DNA of 64,000 nucleotides from a virus. The stretch is from IMG/VR virus record IMGVR_UViG_3300045988_174823. One strand, written 5' to 3'. Position numbers and translations under genes: made by a program. Position 1 is the stretch's first letter, and each line of letters opens with the position of its first letter. This document shows, in pieces, positions 1 to 8,555 of the stretch. A model generated the notes under the pieces. The model ran no database searches. It was not told the origin of the DNA and was given only the letters and a program-made list of their open reading frames with translations.

Positions 1-8
1 TTGGAAAA

Positions 9-842
9 TTACACTTCTACAGCGTCAAAGTCAATATCAAATTTCTTATATACAATGCGCAACTCGGGCACACCATTGATCGGCTTCTTCTTTTCATCAA
101 CACGAGCGTTAAGCGGCCAACGCTTCAAGATGATATCATGCGCACGTTGAACGCGCTCACGACGTTCGTACACATCCTGGAGACCGCCACCTTGTGTAGC
201 TTCCTTGTTCATCTTACTCTGGAGCAAGAACCGTACGAATCGCGCATACACGATGCCGAGATACATACATTTTAACGAATAGTCGATATCACATTTCAAC
301 TCCAACCGCTCATCAAAGTCCAACTCTAACGTGCGAAGACCCTTGAACACGATAAGGTGTGGAATACCGCCGTATTTGAAACGCGGACTAACGTCGATGC
401 AATTCCAATCAAAAGCACTTTTGCCCATGGTGCCATATTCGAAGTCGGTTTTCATCACCTCTCGGTCGAATTCGTTGAAGAATTCAGCCAACTCTTCATG
501 GGTTTTCAACGACAGTCCGCATTTGGCTTCACCGTCAATTGAGTAGAAGAAGTTGGCGATATCGTCATCCATCACCACAACGGGATACCCCTCGCGCAAG
601 TAGGTATTCTTGCAGAAATTGACTACGTAGCTGTAGCCACGATTCGAGGCTGGAAGCACAATGAGGCGTTCGCGCTCATGCCCGGCTTCAACATATTTTT
701 CAACATCCTCTTTTTCTACCACGATGTGGTAATCCACGCCGCCCTTTTTCAACAATCGAGTCGTGACGCATTTAGGGCGGTTTTTAGACACGACAAAGAA
801 TTGACAGTTCATACTCAAAATGGTAAGTCGCCCTCGTACCAA
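9..842 (-). CDS. hypothetical protein; possible GT-A-like (DxD) glycosyltransferase, similar in layout to 18704..19519
   Basis: 277-aa ORF that overlaps the upstream gene by 28 nt. It has an acidic VVVMDDDIANF (DxD-like) motif after an alternating beta/alpha-looking N-terminal half. ORF 18704..19519 has the same layout (FFLDDNVSF plus a C-terminal GG segment). The family call is from motif pattern only. Confidence 0.4.
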   Translation of the reverse strand: MVRGRLTILSMNCQFFVVSKNRPKCVTTRLLKKGGVDYHIVVEKEDVEKYVEAGHERERLIVLPASNRGYSYVVNFCKNTYLREGYPVVVMDDDIANFFYSIDGEAKCGLSLKTHEELAEFFNEFDREVMKTDFEYGTMGKSAFDWNCIDVSPRFKYGGIPHLIVFKGLRTLELDFDERLELKCDIDYSLKCMYLGIVYARFVRFLLQSKMNKEATQGGGLQDVYERRERVQRAHDIILKRWPLNARVDEKKKPINGVPELRIVYKKFDIDFDAVEV

Positions 843-1495
843 ATTTCCTCAGGCGGGTTCTGTTCTATAAAACGTTGATAATTGTCCAGTGTACTTTCTA
901 ACGATGGATAAAACCTCATGAACAACTCCCACTTAACGTCAAACATATCATCACACGATACGCGGCGTTTCATCAGTAGGCTTTCGCTATTATAGCACTG
1001 CACGCAGACCTGACGACGGCCTCGTAGTACGTACGAATAGGGAAAGTCGCGATAGTATTCCGCACCAGACGCTGTATTATACACCACATCATGGATAAAC
1101 TGGTTGAACGGGTGTCCTGCGCCGAGAGGTGCCAGTAACGTATAACCGGGATTGCGGTGCATAAACTTCCGCAAATGATCGCGAAGCGCTTGTTCGGCGA
1201 AATTAAGGCCGTCATTCCCGAATTTGGCGCGTAAGTACGTATAGACGCTCTCATAATTACAGTCCTTGGAATGGGCCTGAAAATCGCTACAACGGACATT
1301 TTCTAACTCCAGGTCCAGACAATCCATGGCTATACCCAGAAAATTGTACAGAAGCCGCTGCTCTGAAACGCGCTTTGGGTCGCTATCTACAGTAAGCACC
1401 CGAACGTCATATTCGGGTGCTACTAAAACGTGACAAGCACTCATCAGGAGATCACCCGCGTGTGGCTCGACACAGAGGTATTTTATTTTTCCCAT
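815..1495 (-). CDS. hypothetical protein; degenerate PIG-L/LmbE-like deacetylase fold (tentative)
   Basis: 226-aa ORF overlapping both neighbours, as in an operon. YLCVEPHAGDLLMSACHVL resembles the xAHPDDExxxxGG motif of LmbE/PIG-L deacetylases, and LGAGHPFNQFIHDV resembles their HPDH motif. Both matches are degenerate. Confidence 0.35.
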   Translation of the reverse strand: MGKIKYLCVEPHAGDLLMSACHVLVAPEYDVRVLTVDSDPKRVSEQRLLYNFLGIAMDCLDLELENVRCSDFQAHSKDCNYESVYTYLRAKFGNDGLNFAEQALRDHLRKFMHRNPGYTLLAPLGAGHPFNQFIHDVVYNTASGAEYYRDFPYSYVLRGRRQVCVQCYNSESLLMKRRVSCDDMFDVKWELFMRFYPSLESTLDNYQRFIEQNPPEEIWYEGDLPF

Positions 1496-2442
1496 GGCCG
1501 TTTGTATATCTTCTCGACGCAGGGGCCGTCCTTCGATACGTCCTCAGCCATACGGCGAATTTCTGGCGTGATAGGCGGGAGCGTTTTCTTACCCATCTTA
1601 TCAGGCAGGAAACCGACACGGACGCTGACATGTGTACACCCCTGACACGGACGGAACCGACGATCGTTGTTGTACAGCATCACGCGGGCAGCATGAAAGC
1701 GCGGATGGTTCCAGAGGTCTTCGATAGGCATGTCGTGGATGTTGGCGATAGGGTACTCGCCGCGAAAGTCGTCGCAGCACAAGCACACCTGGCCGTTCCA
1801 ACGCACATCCAGTTCGCGGAACGGAAAAGTACATCGTTTGTTGTTGAACGAGTCGTCGAGCGGGAACGCTGCGCCACAGTGGTTAGCCAGACGACGCGTC
1901 ATCTTGTTGGTATCGTCTTCGGCGATAGGCGGCAACAGACAGATACGGCGGCCCTGCTTGGGGTAGTAGTACGGAACGCCCGGTTCCAGCGTAACGACGT
2001 TGTATTTCTCGATGTCGATTTTCTCGACGAAATTCCAGTCACCCTTAGCCGTATAGCAGTCCACCAGAATATCATTCATGCCGGCTTCAAAAAGACGGTC
2101 TAAATATTCCGACGTATCCTTGGCGTGGTTCATACCGTACCCGTTGCTGTACATATGAAATACGGCTTTGGGCAGGTGTTTACGGAACGTAGCCACGATG
2201 TCGATGAATGCGGGGTTGAGCGTCGGTTCGCCGTGCATAGCGAATACGAACTTACATTTCCACCCTACGCGGGCTACCTCTGAAGCGATACGCTCGGCGG
2301 TTTCAACGGTCATGAAATTCCACGGCTTAGTGCCTTTTTCGCGCATGCCGTGGAGACCGCAAAACGAACAACCCAGATTACACCCCTCCGTCGGTTCAAT
2401 CTGCATAGTGAACGGAGGGTCTTGTACGATTTTGTTTTTCAT
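1483..2442 (-). CDS. radical SAM enzyme with C-terminal auxiliary Cys cluster (SPASM/twitch-like)
   Basis: EPTEGCNLGCSFCG is a CX3CX2C motif near the N-terminus. FAMHGEPTLNP is a GGEP-like SAM-binding motif. A C-terminal Cys cluster is present (CLCCDD...RPCQGCTH). Confidence 0.8.
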   Translation of the reverse strand: MKNKIVQDPPFTMQIEPTEGCNLGCSFCGLHGMREKGTKPWNFMTVETAERIASEVARVGWKCKFVFAMHGEPTLNPAFIDIVATFRKHLPKAVFHMYSNGYGMNHAKDTSEYLDRLFEAGMNDILVDCYTAKGDWNFVEKIDIEKYNVVTLEPGVPYYYPKQGRRICLLPPIAEDDTNKMTRRLANHCGAAFPLDDSFNNKRCTFPFRELDVRWNGQVCLCCDDFRGEYPIANIHDMPIEDLWNHPRFHAARVMLYNNDRRFRPCQGCTHVSVRVGFLPDKMGKKTLPPITPEIRRMAEDVSKDGPCVEKIYKRPWEK

Positions 2443-4442
2443 TATTTGGTAACTTTAATGTTAAGTTTCACGTTCTTTAACTTTGGGTTCTTAAACTGGC
2501 GTTTGATAGGCTTGATGAAAGCGCGGGTTGCAGGGTCCCAATCAAAGCCATCAGGAACGTGGTTGACTGTACACCGGCAATTGTGAACCACAATTCCATC
2601 GGCAATGTAGCTTTCATCTTCGGCAACTGAAATATTGTACAATTTAGTGTACTTTTTAGATCTCGGAACTTGTTTAATGTATAAAACCTTCACACCACGC
2701 GAAACTATTTGCCCCCGGTGATTTTTGAACAGCCGTTTCAGGCGGTTGTAAACCATATCGCCGTGGTTGTTTATCTCATCTTCAGTGAAGCGGAATGTCT
2801 CATAGCCGTAACACTCCAAAATGTCCTTATCGCGGTTGGAATCGTATTCCGGATCGTTGTGCCATTTTTCGCCGTCAGCCTCCAAAACAATCTTGAGATC
2901 GGGAATCAGTAAATCGGGGAAATACCCCACAACATCGTTGCGGAACTTTCCGTTATTTTTCAAGAACACCCCTGTCTTAGCTTCAACTCCTAACGACTTA
3001 CACAGATACTCCAACTTGCGCTCGATGAACGACCGTTTCTTACCATTGGTAGAATTAGTCTTCTTCAGCGCCTCAGCCATCCAAGGATACTCACCTTGAT
3101 ATTTATCTTCGATAGCTTTTCTTGCTCTGGTGGTAAGTTTCTGACGATCGACAGCACTCATATTGGCATAACGAACAGCCATCTCTTCTTTGACTTTCTT
3201 ACTCATGTAAGAACGGAACTCTGTGTCTTGCCATTGCGAGACGCACTGTTCGCTCCGGTGACAAGCTATACACAGCCCCCTCTCCAAAAGAGTATCGCTG
3301 GCTGAAACGTATATTGGCATAAACGAACCGCATTTTTCACAACAAACACCTTCGATTGTTATCAAATCGCCTGTTTTCAATGAAGCAGCCTCTCGCCATT
3401 CACCGTTTGAAAGAATTGGATGATTTCCTGTTATACGACGCACCTTCCGTACCTTTTTACGCCCTAAAAGGTTTTTGACGGCATAATAGATGTCGTACAG
3501 GGGTTCATCCTTATGATCGTGAATAATCACTTCCGTAACAGGCCTAAACCTCCCTCGGTGAGTCAAAACCATATCCCCTTTCTTTAGAGAAGATATGTTT
3601 CTCCATCCGTTGATGGTGTACACCTTTGTAGCCGGATTATTGAAACAATAGGGGTGCGTTGGGTCAATCGTAGGGAGCCATTCTGCCACCTTACGACCGA
3701 TGTTGTTACCGTTAGCGATAAGGTCTGCCAAACGGAACAGTTTCGGTTTCGAGGTAGGGTCTTCGGGGTCTTCTAAGTACAACTCCCGGCACTTAGCGCA
3801 CGCGCCTGGATAGACGTCGAAATACACTTTGGCGTCAGGACCGTGTTGCTTGAAAATACTTTCGGCACGGCCCACGTTGTAGGCTTCGTGTAGAAGGTAG
3901 TACGCAATACGCAGCCAATCGCGTCCCCAGTCTTGGGTAAGGTTTCCGAGTTCGCTGGCTATATACCGGGCTCCCTTACGGAGTTGAACAGCTTGAATGG
4001 CCTTGTCTTTTATTTGTTGACGTATTTCTGATTGTTGACGGAAATTCGATTTGAGTACAGCGTTGCGTGTTCCGGTGACGATACGATTACCAAGCGACGT
4101 GATGTCGGTATAGGCACGATTCTTGAGGTAGTTGAGCGCGTTTTCTTCCTGTTCGGTAAGCGGAACAAAGTTTCCCGATTTCAAGAACTGGAGAAACTGC
4201 TTGTAATTCATCTTCTTGGCGCGAGTGTCGCCAATTGCTTCGGCCAGTATTCCAAACAAAAAGGCGTGTTCGATGATGCCCTTTGAGTTCTTGTACTTAT
4301 CGACGTTGACCCCTGAAGCTACCAAGATATCAATTTCAGACTGCGTGAGGTAGTCCAATCCGACGTGCTTGGCAATAAAGAGATATTGCCAACGCCGGAG
4401 AATACCGACCATGTCGTCTATTTGACGGTTGTTGAAAATCAT
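2442..4442 (-). CDS. MuF / SPP1 gp7-type head morphogenesis (minor head) protein, interrupted by an intein
   Basis: The extein sequence ...YPGACAKCRELY... plus THPY|CRCTV reconstitutes the C-x2-C ... HPxCRC signature of the Phage_Mu_F family. The ATG at 4442 overlaps the upstream TGA as ATGA. The ORF-track start at 4472 is the alternative. Confidence 0.7.
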   Translation of the reverse strand: MIFNNRQIDDMVGILRRWQYLFIAKHVGLDYLTQSEIDILVASGVNVDKYKNSKGIIEHAFLFGILAEAIGDTRAKKMNYKQFLQFLKSGNFVPLTEQEENALNYLKNRAYTDITSLGNRIVTGTRNAVLKSNFRQQSEIRQQIKDKAIQAVQLRKGARYIASELGNLTQDWGRDWLRIAYYLLHEAYNVGRAESIFKQHGPDAKVYFDVYPGACAKCRELYLEDPEDPTSKPKLFRLADLIANGNNIGRKVAEWLPTIDPTHPYCFNNPATKVYTINGWRNISSLKKGDMVLTHRGRFRPVTEVIIHDHKDEPLYDIYYAVKNLLGRKKVRKVRRITGNHPILSNGEWREAASLKTGDLITIEGVCCEKCGSFMPIYVSASDTLLERGLCIACHRSEQCVSQWQDTEFRSYMSKKVKEEMAVRYANMSAVDRQKLTTRARKAIEDKYQGEYPWMAEALKKTNSTNGKKRSFIERKLEYLCKSLGVEAKTGVFLKNNGKFRNDVVGYFPDLLIPDLKIVLEADGEKWHNDPEYDSNRDKDILECYGYETFRFTEDEINNHGDMVYNRLKRLFKNHRGQIVSRGVKVLYIKQVPRSKKYTKLYNISVAEDESYIADGIVVHNCRCTVNHVPDGFDWDPATRAFIKPIKRQFKNPKLKNVKLNIKVTK
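2580..3647 (-). mobile_element. intein (356 aa) with Zn-ribbon and Vsr/DUF559-like PD-(D/E)xK endonuclease domain
   Basis: The N-terminal splicing block is CFNNPATKVYTINGW...GDMVLT and block B is RITGNHPIL. The C-terminal block is YIADGIVVHN followed by +1 Cys (CRCTV). The insert contains CCEKCG...CIACH and YFPDLLIPDLKIVLEADGEKWHNDPEYDSNRDKDILECYGYETFRFTEDEI. Confidence 0.75.
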
Positions 4443-4963
4443 AACTTTTCGACGTCTTTTCGGGGAATCCATTTCCCAGTGCCACGTGGTGCGCCGCTGT
4501 ACGAAGGTTTACCTGTAAGTTGAATTAACTGTATTTCCGTGTCACCTTCCTTGATGTTTTTCACTGAATACACGCTGCGAACTCTTCCGGCGTAACGGAC
4601 CTTATCGCCAATTTTCACTTTTTCGTAGTGCTTGACGTATTTCTCCACCTTTTGATTTTCATAAAAATCGTTACGTGCAACGCCGTCGTCGCCAATTACA
4701 AGTGCTTCGGTGCCATCGCCAACCGTGAGCGTGTGAATATACGTATCGTCTTGACGACATTCAGAGTTTCGGCGTTGACTGGGATCGGGAAACTTTGCGC
4801 GTCCCGTGTAAAGTGCGCCGACGCGGCCTAACTTTCGGTTCTTAGACGTGTTGGCGTATCGTCCTGTTCTCGAACGCGCCTTTTCAATGAACCCCGCCAC
4901 CACCTGCTCACGCATTGTATTGTGGTGTTCGTGTATTGCTTTTGTGATCGCGTCTATTTCCAT
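4439..4963 (-). CDS. hypothetical protein (shares N-terminal leader and NRxLGRVG motif with 5641..7428)
   Basis: 174-aa minus-strand ORF. Its segment FIEKARSRTGRYANTSKNRKLGRVGALYTG parallels EKARHGVYADNAQNRRLQRVGQEYG in ORF 5641..7428. Confidence 0.55.
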   Translation of the reverse strand: MEIDAITKAIHEHHNTMREQVVAGFIEKARSRTGRYANTSKNRKLGRVGALYTGRAKFPDPSQRRNSECRQDDTYIHTLTVGDGTEALVIGDDGVARNDFYENQKVEKYVKHYEKVKIGDKVRYAGRVRSVYSVKNIKEGDTEIQLIQLTGKPSYSGAPRGTGKWIPRKDVEKL

Positions 4964-5469
4964 AATCTGACCCGTGAAATTTGACTGCGTTTGACAACCA
5001 TGTGTAGGCCGTTGTTTAACTCGATTTCCGCACCTTCATCGCCGGACACCAGAACCTTCCCGAACCTGTAGTAGAAACCTGCCTCGGAGTTTCCAGTCTT
5101 TGCGATAACGGTATTATTCTGGGATAGTTCGGCGAGGTCTTTAATCTTGATGGCGTCATCGTCAAACATCTTCTTCCAAAACCACTCAACATCGGGGCAA
5201 AGACGGATCTCTTCGTCGGGCTGTAACGATACTGTGATCGATGTGCCGGAGGGGTGCATCTTCACTTCACACCTACCATCACTAATGCGTGATAGCGTGC
5301 CGACGTTATACTTCATCTGCCCTCTTTCATCCCTCATACGAGTAACGACCCATACCGGGTATGGTGGTTCTTTCTCCAGCGCGCTATTGACGGCAATCAC
5401 TGTGCCGATATTCCAAACCTGTTCAATCTTCCTTGGCGGTATGGCCCAAATTGCCTTTCTTTGTTTCAT
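4954..5469 (-). CDS. hypothetical protein
   Basis: 171-aa minus-strand ORF packed between neighbours. No recognisable motif. Confidence 0.55.
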   Translation of the reverse strand: MKQRKAIWAIPPRKIEQVWNIGTVIAVNSALEKEPPYPVWVVTRMRDERGQMKYNVGTLSRISDGRCEVKMHPSGTSITVSLQPDEEIRLCPDVEWFWKKMFDDDAIKIKDLAELSQNNTVIAKTGNSEAGFYYRFGKVLVSGDEGAEIELNNGLHMVVKRSQISRVRLWK

Positions 5470-5641
5470 CCTCGTTTAGTTCTTTAATCGCCGCAGCCGT
5501 AGCGTCGGCGATGTACTTCAAGACATCACCGAGCGCCGCGGCATTATTGGCGTTCCATTCCCGGATAAACCGATTTTCGTACTGAGTAACGGTGGGGAAT
5601 GGCGACGGAAGAAAGTGGGTATGTTTGGCGTTGTAGGGCAT
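5423..5641 (-). CDS. hypothetical protein
   Basis: 72-aa ORF. Its start abuts the stop of the 595-aa gene, and it overlaps the next gene by 47 nt. Confidence 0.45.
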   Translation of the reverse strand: MPYNAKHTHFLPSPFPTVTQYENRFIREWNANNAAALGDVLKYIADATAAAIKELNEDETKKGNLGHTAKED

Positions 5642-7428
5642 TACTCTTCGGTGTTACCGCCGTAAATCTCCAGGAACTTGTCAACGAATTCCTTGTTGGT
5701 GCGTTTCATTACCTCCAATTGCGCGTCAACCTTCTTGCGGTATTCTTCCGGGTCATACACCCCGCGAAGCGAATCGCGTGCAGCCTGACGCTCGTCAGCG
5801 ATTTTCTTCAACTCGGGATGACTGAGGAGTTCTTGACCAACACCCTGATCACGCGACTGCGGATCGGTAAGCGAATTGAGACTCAAAGCAGCACGCTGGG
5901 CCTCCTTGTCGCCAGATGCGATCCTTGCCTTCAGAGCGCGGGCAATACCTTCAGGGTTCTTGGCGATCATCTTGGCGTACTCAGCCGGATCAGCTCCCCT
6001 GTCGGTTTTCTTGATGAATTTGTCCGCGGCAGCGTTGTCCTTCTCGGGCGAAGACTTTGCGGCTTTGTCGGTCTTGGCTTTTGCGCCCTTCTCGGCACTC
6101 TTCACTTCAGCCTTCGCCTTCTCGCCTTGCTTAGTGGCGCTTTCCTCCTCGCCGCCAATCAGCGCGTCGAGTTCCTTCTGGCCGTCCTTCGATACCTTCA
6201 CGCCAGCCATCTCGAACATATTGGCGATGGTGTCGGCAATTTCGTCGTCCGTAGCGTCGGACTGAGCGCCGCTGACATCAGCCGGGTTTGCTTTCATGGC
6301 TGCGGCCAGTTCCTTGATAGCTGCAGCGTCACCCTTCTGCTTTACGAAGGACTTGAAGCCTTTGGTGTCGAAGTCGGTATCGTTTTCGGCCATATCGTCG
6401 AAACTCTGAACGAGGCTTTCAGCGCTGCTGACCTTACCATCGCCGTTGGAATCAGCACGCATCTTGTCGAGCGTGGCTTGGCCTTTCTTCGAAAGATCGA
6501 TTCCGGCCTCTTCGAAGATATTGGCAATCTCGTCGGCGATTTCATCATCACCCAGATCACTCTGTCCAGCCTCACTGGGCGTCTTACGGATAGCGTCGGC
6601 CAGTTCCTTCACAGCCTTTCCACCCTTTTCCTTGACGAAAGATTTGAACGACTTGGCGTCAAAATCAGCGTTACCTTCAGCCATTTCGTTGAAACTGTCA
6701 ATGAGCGATGCGGCATCAGCCTTTCCGCCCTTTGCTTTAGCGTCGGGGTCGCCGAATTTAGACGCAGCGCCCTCAACATCGCTGATTTCCTTCACCGTCG
6801 TAGATTCAAAGTTGTCCACGTCGGCGTAAGGATATTTATCTACGCGGTAGCCGTCGCTGGTCTTGGTAACTACCAGATCGAAACCGTCTTCGTCGCCGCC
6901 TACTTGCTTGATAAAAGCATGAGAAGCGTCCTCTACCCCGGCGTATTGCTCCAGATCACGATCGTCCATTTGACGGAAGCCCATGCCCTCAAACGTCGAG
7001 GTAGATTTGGCATCGCCGTCAGCCAGCCCATTGCGCAGCGACGTATCGCCTTTCTTATTCTTGGCGCGAACGTTTATGCCACGACGCTCCAACTCAGCCG
7101 TGGCTACCTTACGCATCTCAGCGTCGGCCGACGGGTCGTTGGCTACTTTCACGAGGGCCTCTTCTGAAGCCTGACGTGCATGGTTCTGGAGGCTGACGTT
7201 CCCCTCGGGTACACCCTCGCCGCCTTCTTGACCTGCCTCGGGCTTTTCCTGAGCGGCATGACCATATTCCTGTCCCACGCGCTGCAGACGACGGTTTTGA
7301 GCGTTATCAGCATAAACACCGTGACGCGCTTTTTCGATCGGCGTTTCCTCAACGCACTCTTCTATGTTGGTAAATCCTTTCAAAATCTGTTGACGACGCG
7401 CTTCGCCATAGTTGATAATTTCTTTCAT
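5641..7428 (-). CDS. acidic repeat-containing virion-module protein (function unknown)
   Basis: 595 aa, rich in D/E/K/A. It has two tandem ~96-aa repeats (SFNEMAEGNADFDAKSFKSFVKEKG / SFDDMAENDTDFDTKGFKSFVKQKG). A promoter-like motif lies 34 nt upstream. Confidence 0.6.
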   Translation of the reverse strand: MKEIINYGEARRQQILKGFTNIEECVEETPIEKARHGVYADNAQNRRLQRVGQEYGHAAQEKPEAGQEGGEGVPEGNVSLQNHARQASEEALVKVANDPSADAEMRKVATAELERRGINVRAKNKKGDTSLRNGLADGDAKSTSTFEGMGFRQMDDRDLEQYAGVEDASHAFIKQVGGDEDGFDLVVTKTSDGYRVDKYPYADVDNFESTTVKEISDVEGAASKFGDPDAKAKGGKADAASLIDSFNEMAEGNADFDAKSFKSFVKEKGGKAVKELADAIRKTPSEAGQSDLGDDEIADEIANIFEEAGIDLSKKGQATLDKMRADSNGDGKVSSAESLVQSFDDMAENDTDFDTKGFKSFVKQKGDAAAIKELAAAMKANPADVSGAQSDATDDEIADTIANMFEMAGVKVSKDGQKELDALIGGEEESATKQGEKAKAEVKSAEKGAKAKTDKAAKSSPEKDNAAADKFIKKTDRGADPAEYAKMIAKNPEGIARALKARIASGDKEAQRAALSLNSLTDPQSRDQGVGQELLSHPELKKIADERQAARDSLRGVYDPEEYRKKVDAQLEVMKRTNKEFVDKFLEIYGGNTEE

Positions 7429-7461
7429 GACTTTATAGGTTCATAAGTTTCATTTCCAATA

Positions 7462-7494
7462 CAAAGGTAGTTAAATTTCTCCAAACTGCCAAGA
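7462..7494 (-). promoter_or_regulatory. promoter-like motif TTG-N20-TACCTTTG
   Basis: The minus strand reads CTCTTGG-N-TACCTTTG. The -7 box is an exact TAnnTTTG. It lies 34 nt upstream of the ATG at 7428. Confidence 0.55.
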
Positions 7495-7500
7495 GCGTTG

Positions 7501-8058
7501 TTAAAATTTTATGCCAAAATCTAACGTGTAGCCCCATTGGTCATCAATTCTTATAGCTGACGCACCAACCAAAAACCGTTGGCGGAAGTCGGCCCCAGCG
7601 GAAAACTTTTGCGTACCAAAATCCAAAGAAGTACCTATCTGGGCATAACCCTGTATGAAGGGGATCTGTTTATCAATAATCGTGCGTTCTACCTCATGAA
7701 CGCGAATAAGCGGCTTGACGTGTGACACAACCTCTGTAATGGCGTTGCGCTGGACAGTGGCGTCAACGCGGAACTCGCCGATACTGTCGTTAGAAAAATC
7801 AAGGCGGTATTCCTTGCGTGCCAGATAGTCGGCCAGCAAAGCTGCGGTATCTATTTCGCCCGGTAAGTATATCGTAGTATCGCGGACGATGATCTGCGGA
7901 ACAGGAATCTTAACCGTATCGCGATATTCGACCGTGTCATACTTTGTCAGCCACTTTTCAACGACTTTAGGGGGTTCAGGGGTATAACTACTCCGCCCCA
8001 GAAAGAACGCGAAAATTAAGGCCGCTACAACGATAATTATAGATGCCGCCGTCTTCAT
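7501..8058 (-). CDS. membrane-anchored protein with beta-rich C-terminus ending in Phe (lysis/envelope-related guess)
   Basis: The N-terminal hydrophobic helix is AASIIIVVAALIFAFFLG. The C-terminus ...WGYTLDFGIKF ends in an aromatic residue, as in outer-membrane beta-barrel signals. ATGA overlap with the upstream gene. Confidence 0.5.
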   Translation of the reverse strand: MKTAASIIIVVAALIFAFFLGRSSYTPEPPKVVEKWLTKYDTVEYRDTVKIPVPQIIVRDTTIYLPGEIDTAALLADYLARKEYRLDFSNDSIGEFRVDATVQRNAITEVVSHVKPLIRVHEVERTIIDKQIPFIQGYAQIGTSLDFGTQKFSAGADFRQRFLVGASAIRIDDQWGYTLDFGIKF

Positions 8059-8555
8059 GACCTTTTGCCACTTTTAATCATTTCTTCATAAGCCATTATT
8101 GATGCCTCCAGTTCGTTGATTCGCTCTTTGTAAACCTCAGCTGCCTGGCTGGCTTCACGCTCCTGAGCGCGGAACTCTTCCATTAGGCGGTTATATTTAT
8201 CGCGGTCTGCCTGGCGTTGCGCCTCGTATTCCTCGCGAATCTTGTTGAGCTCATTACGAAAGTTCGTCGTCATTTCGTTAGATAACTTACGTTCGTTTTG
8301 AACTTCCTGATACAGGTTATCATAGCGCTCCTTCCACCACGATTCTTTCTTATCAAGTTCCGCCATCAGGGTATCATAGCGCCCTTTCCAGAATTCCTCC
8401 CCTTTCAGGTCAGCGTCAGCCTGGCTATAACGTACCTCTTGAGCATATTTCTTACGATCCAACATACGCGCCACAATGGCGTAGCCAATACCGCCCGCCC
8501 CGAATAGAAGCGAAATTACAGGGAAGATGGTGGTCATGAAATTTCCGTCAGCCAT
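8055..8555 (-). CDS. membrane-anchored coiled-coil protein (spanin/holin-like by architecture only)
   Basis: The N-terminal TM segment is TTIFPVISLLFGAGGIGYAIVA. It is followed by a long charged heptad-like region (EEFWKGRYDTLMAELDKKESWWKERYDNLYQEV...). Confidence 0.5.
   Translation of the reverse strand: MADGNFMTTIFPVISLLFGAGGIGYAIVARMLDRKKYAQEVRYSQADADLKGEEFWKGRYDTLMAELDKKESWWKERYDNLYQEVQNERKLSNEMTTNFRNELNKIREEYEAQRQADRDKYNRLMEEFRAQEREASQAAEVYKERINELEASIMAYEEMIKSGKRS

Noticed and set aside
1417-2103. 228-aa plus-strand ORF
   Set aside because: It is antisense to the radical SAM gene, which has unambiguous motifs. It is a shadow ORF.
5599-7167. 522-aa plus-strand ORF
   Set aside because: It is antisense to the acidic 595-aa gene. 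Its L/V/F/G/S-rich composition is what the reverse complement of a D/E/K/A-rich gene produces. Every credible gene in the window is on the minus strand.
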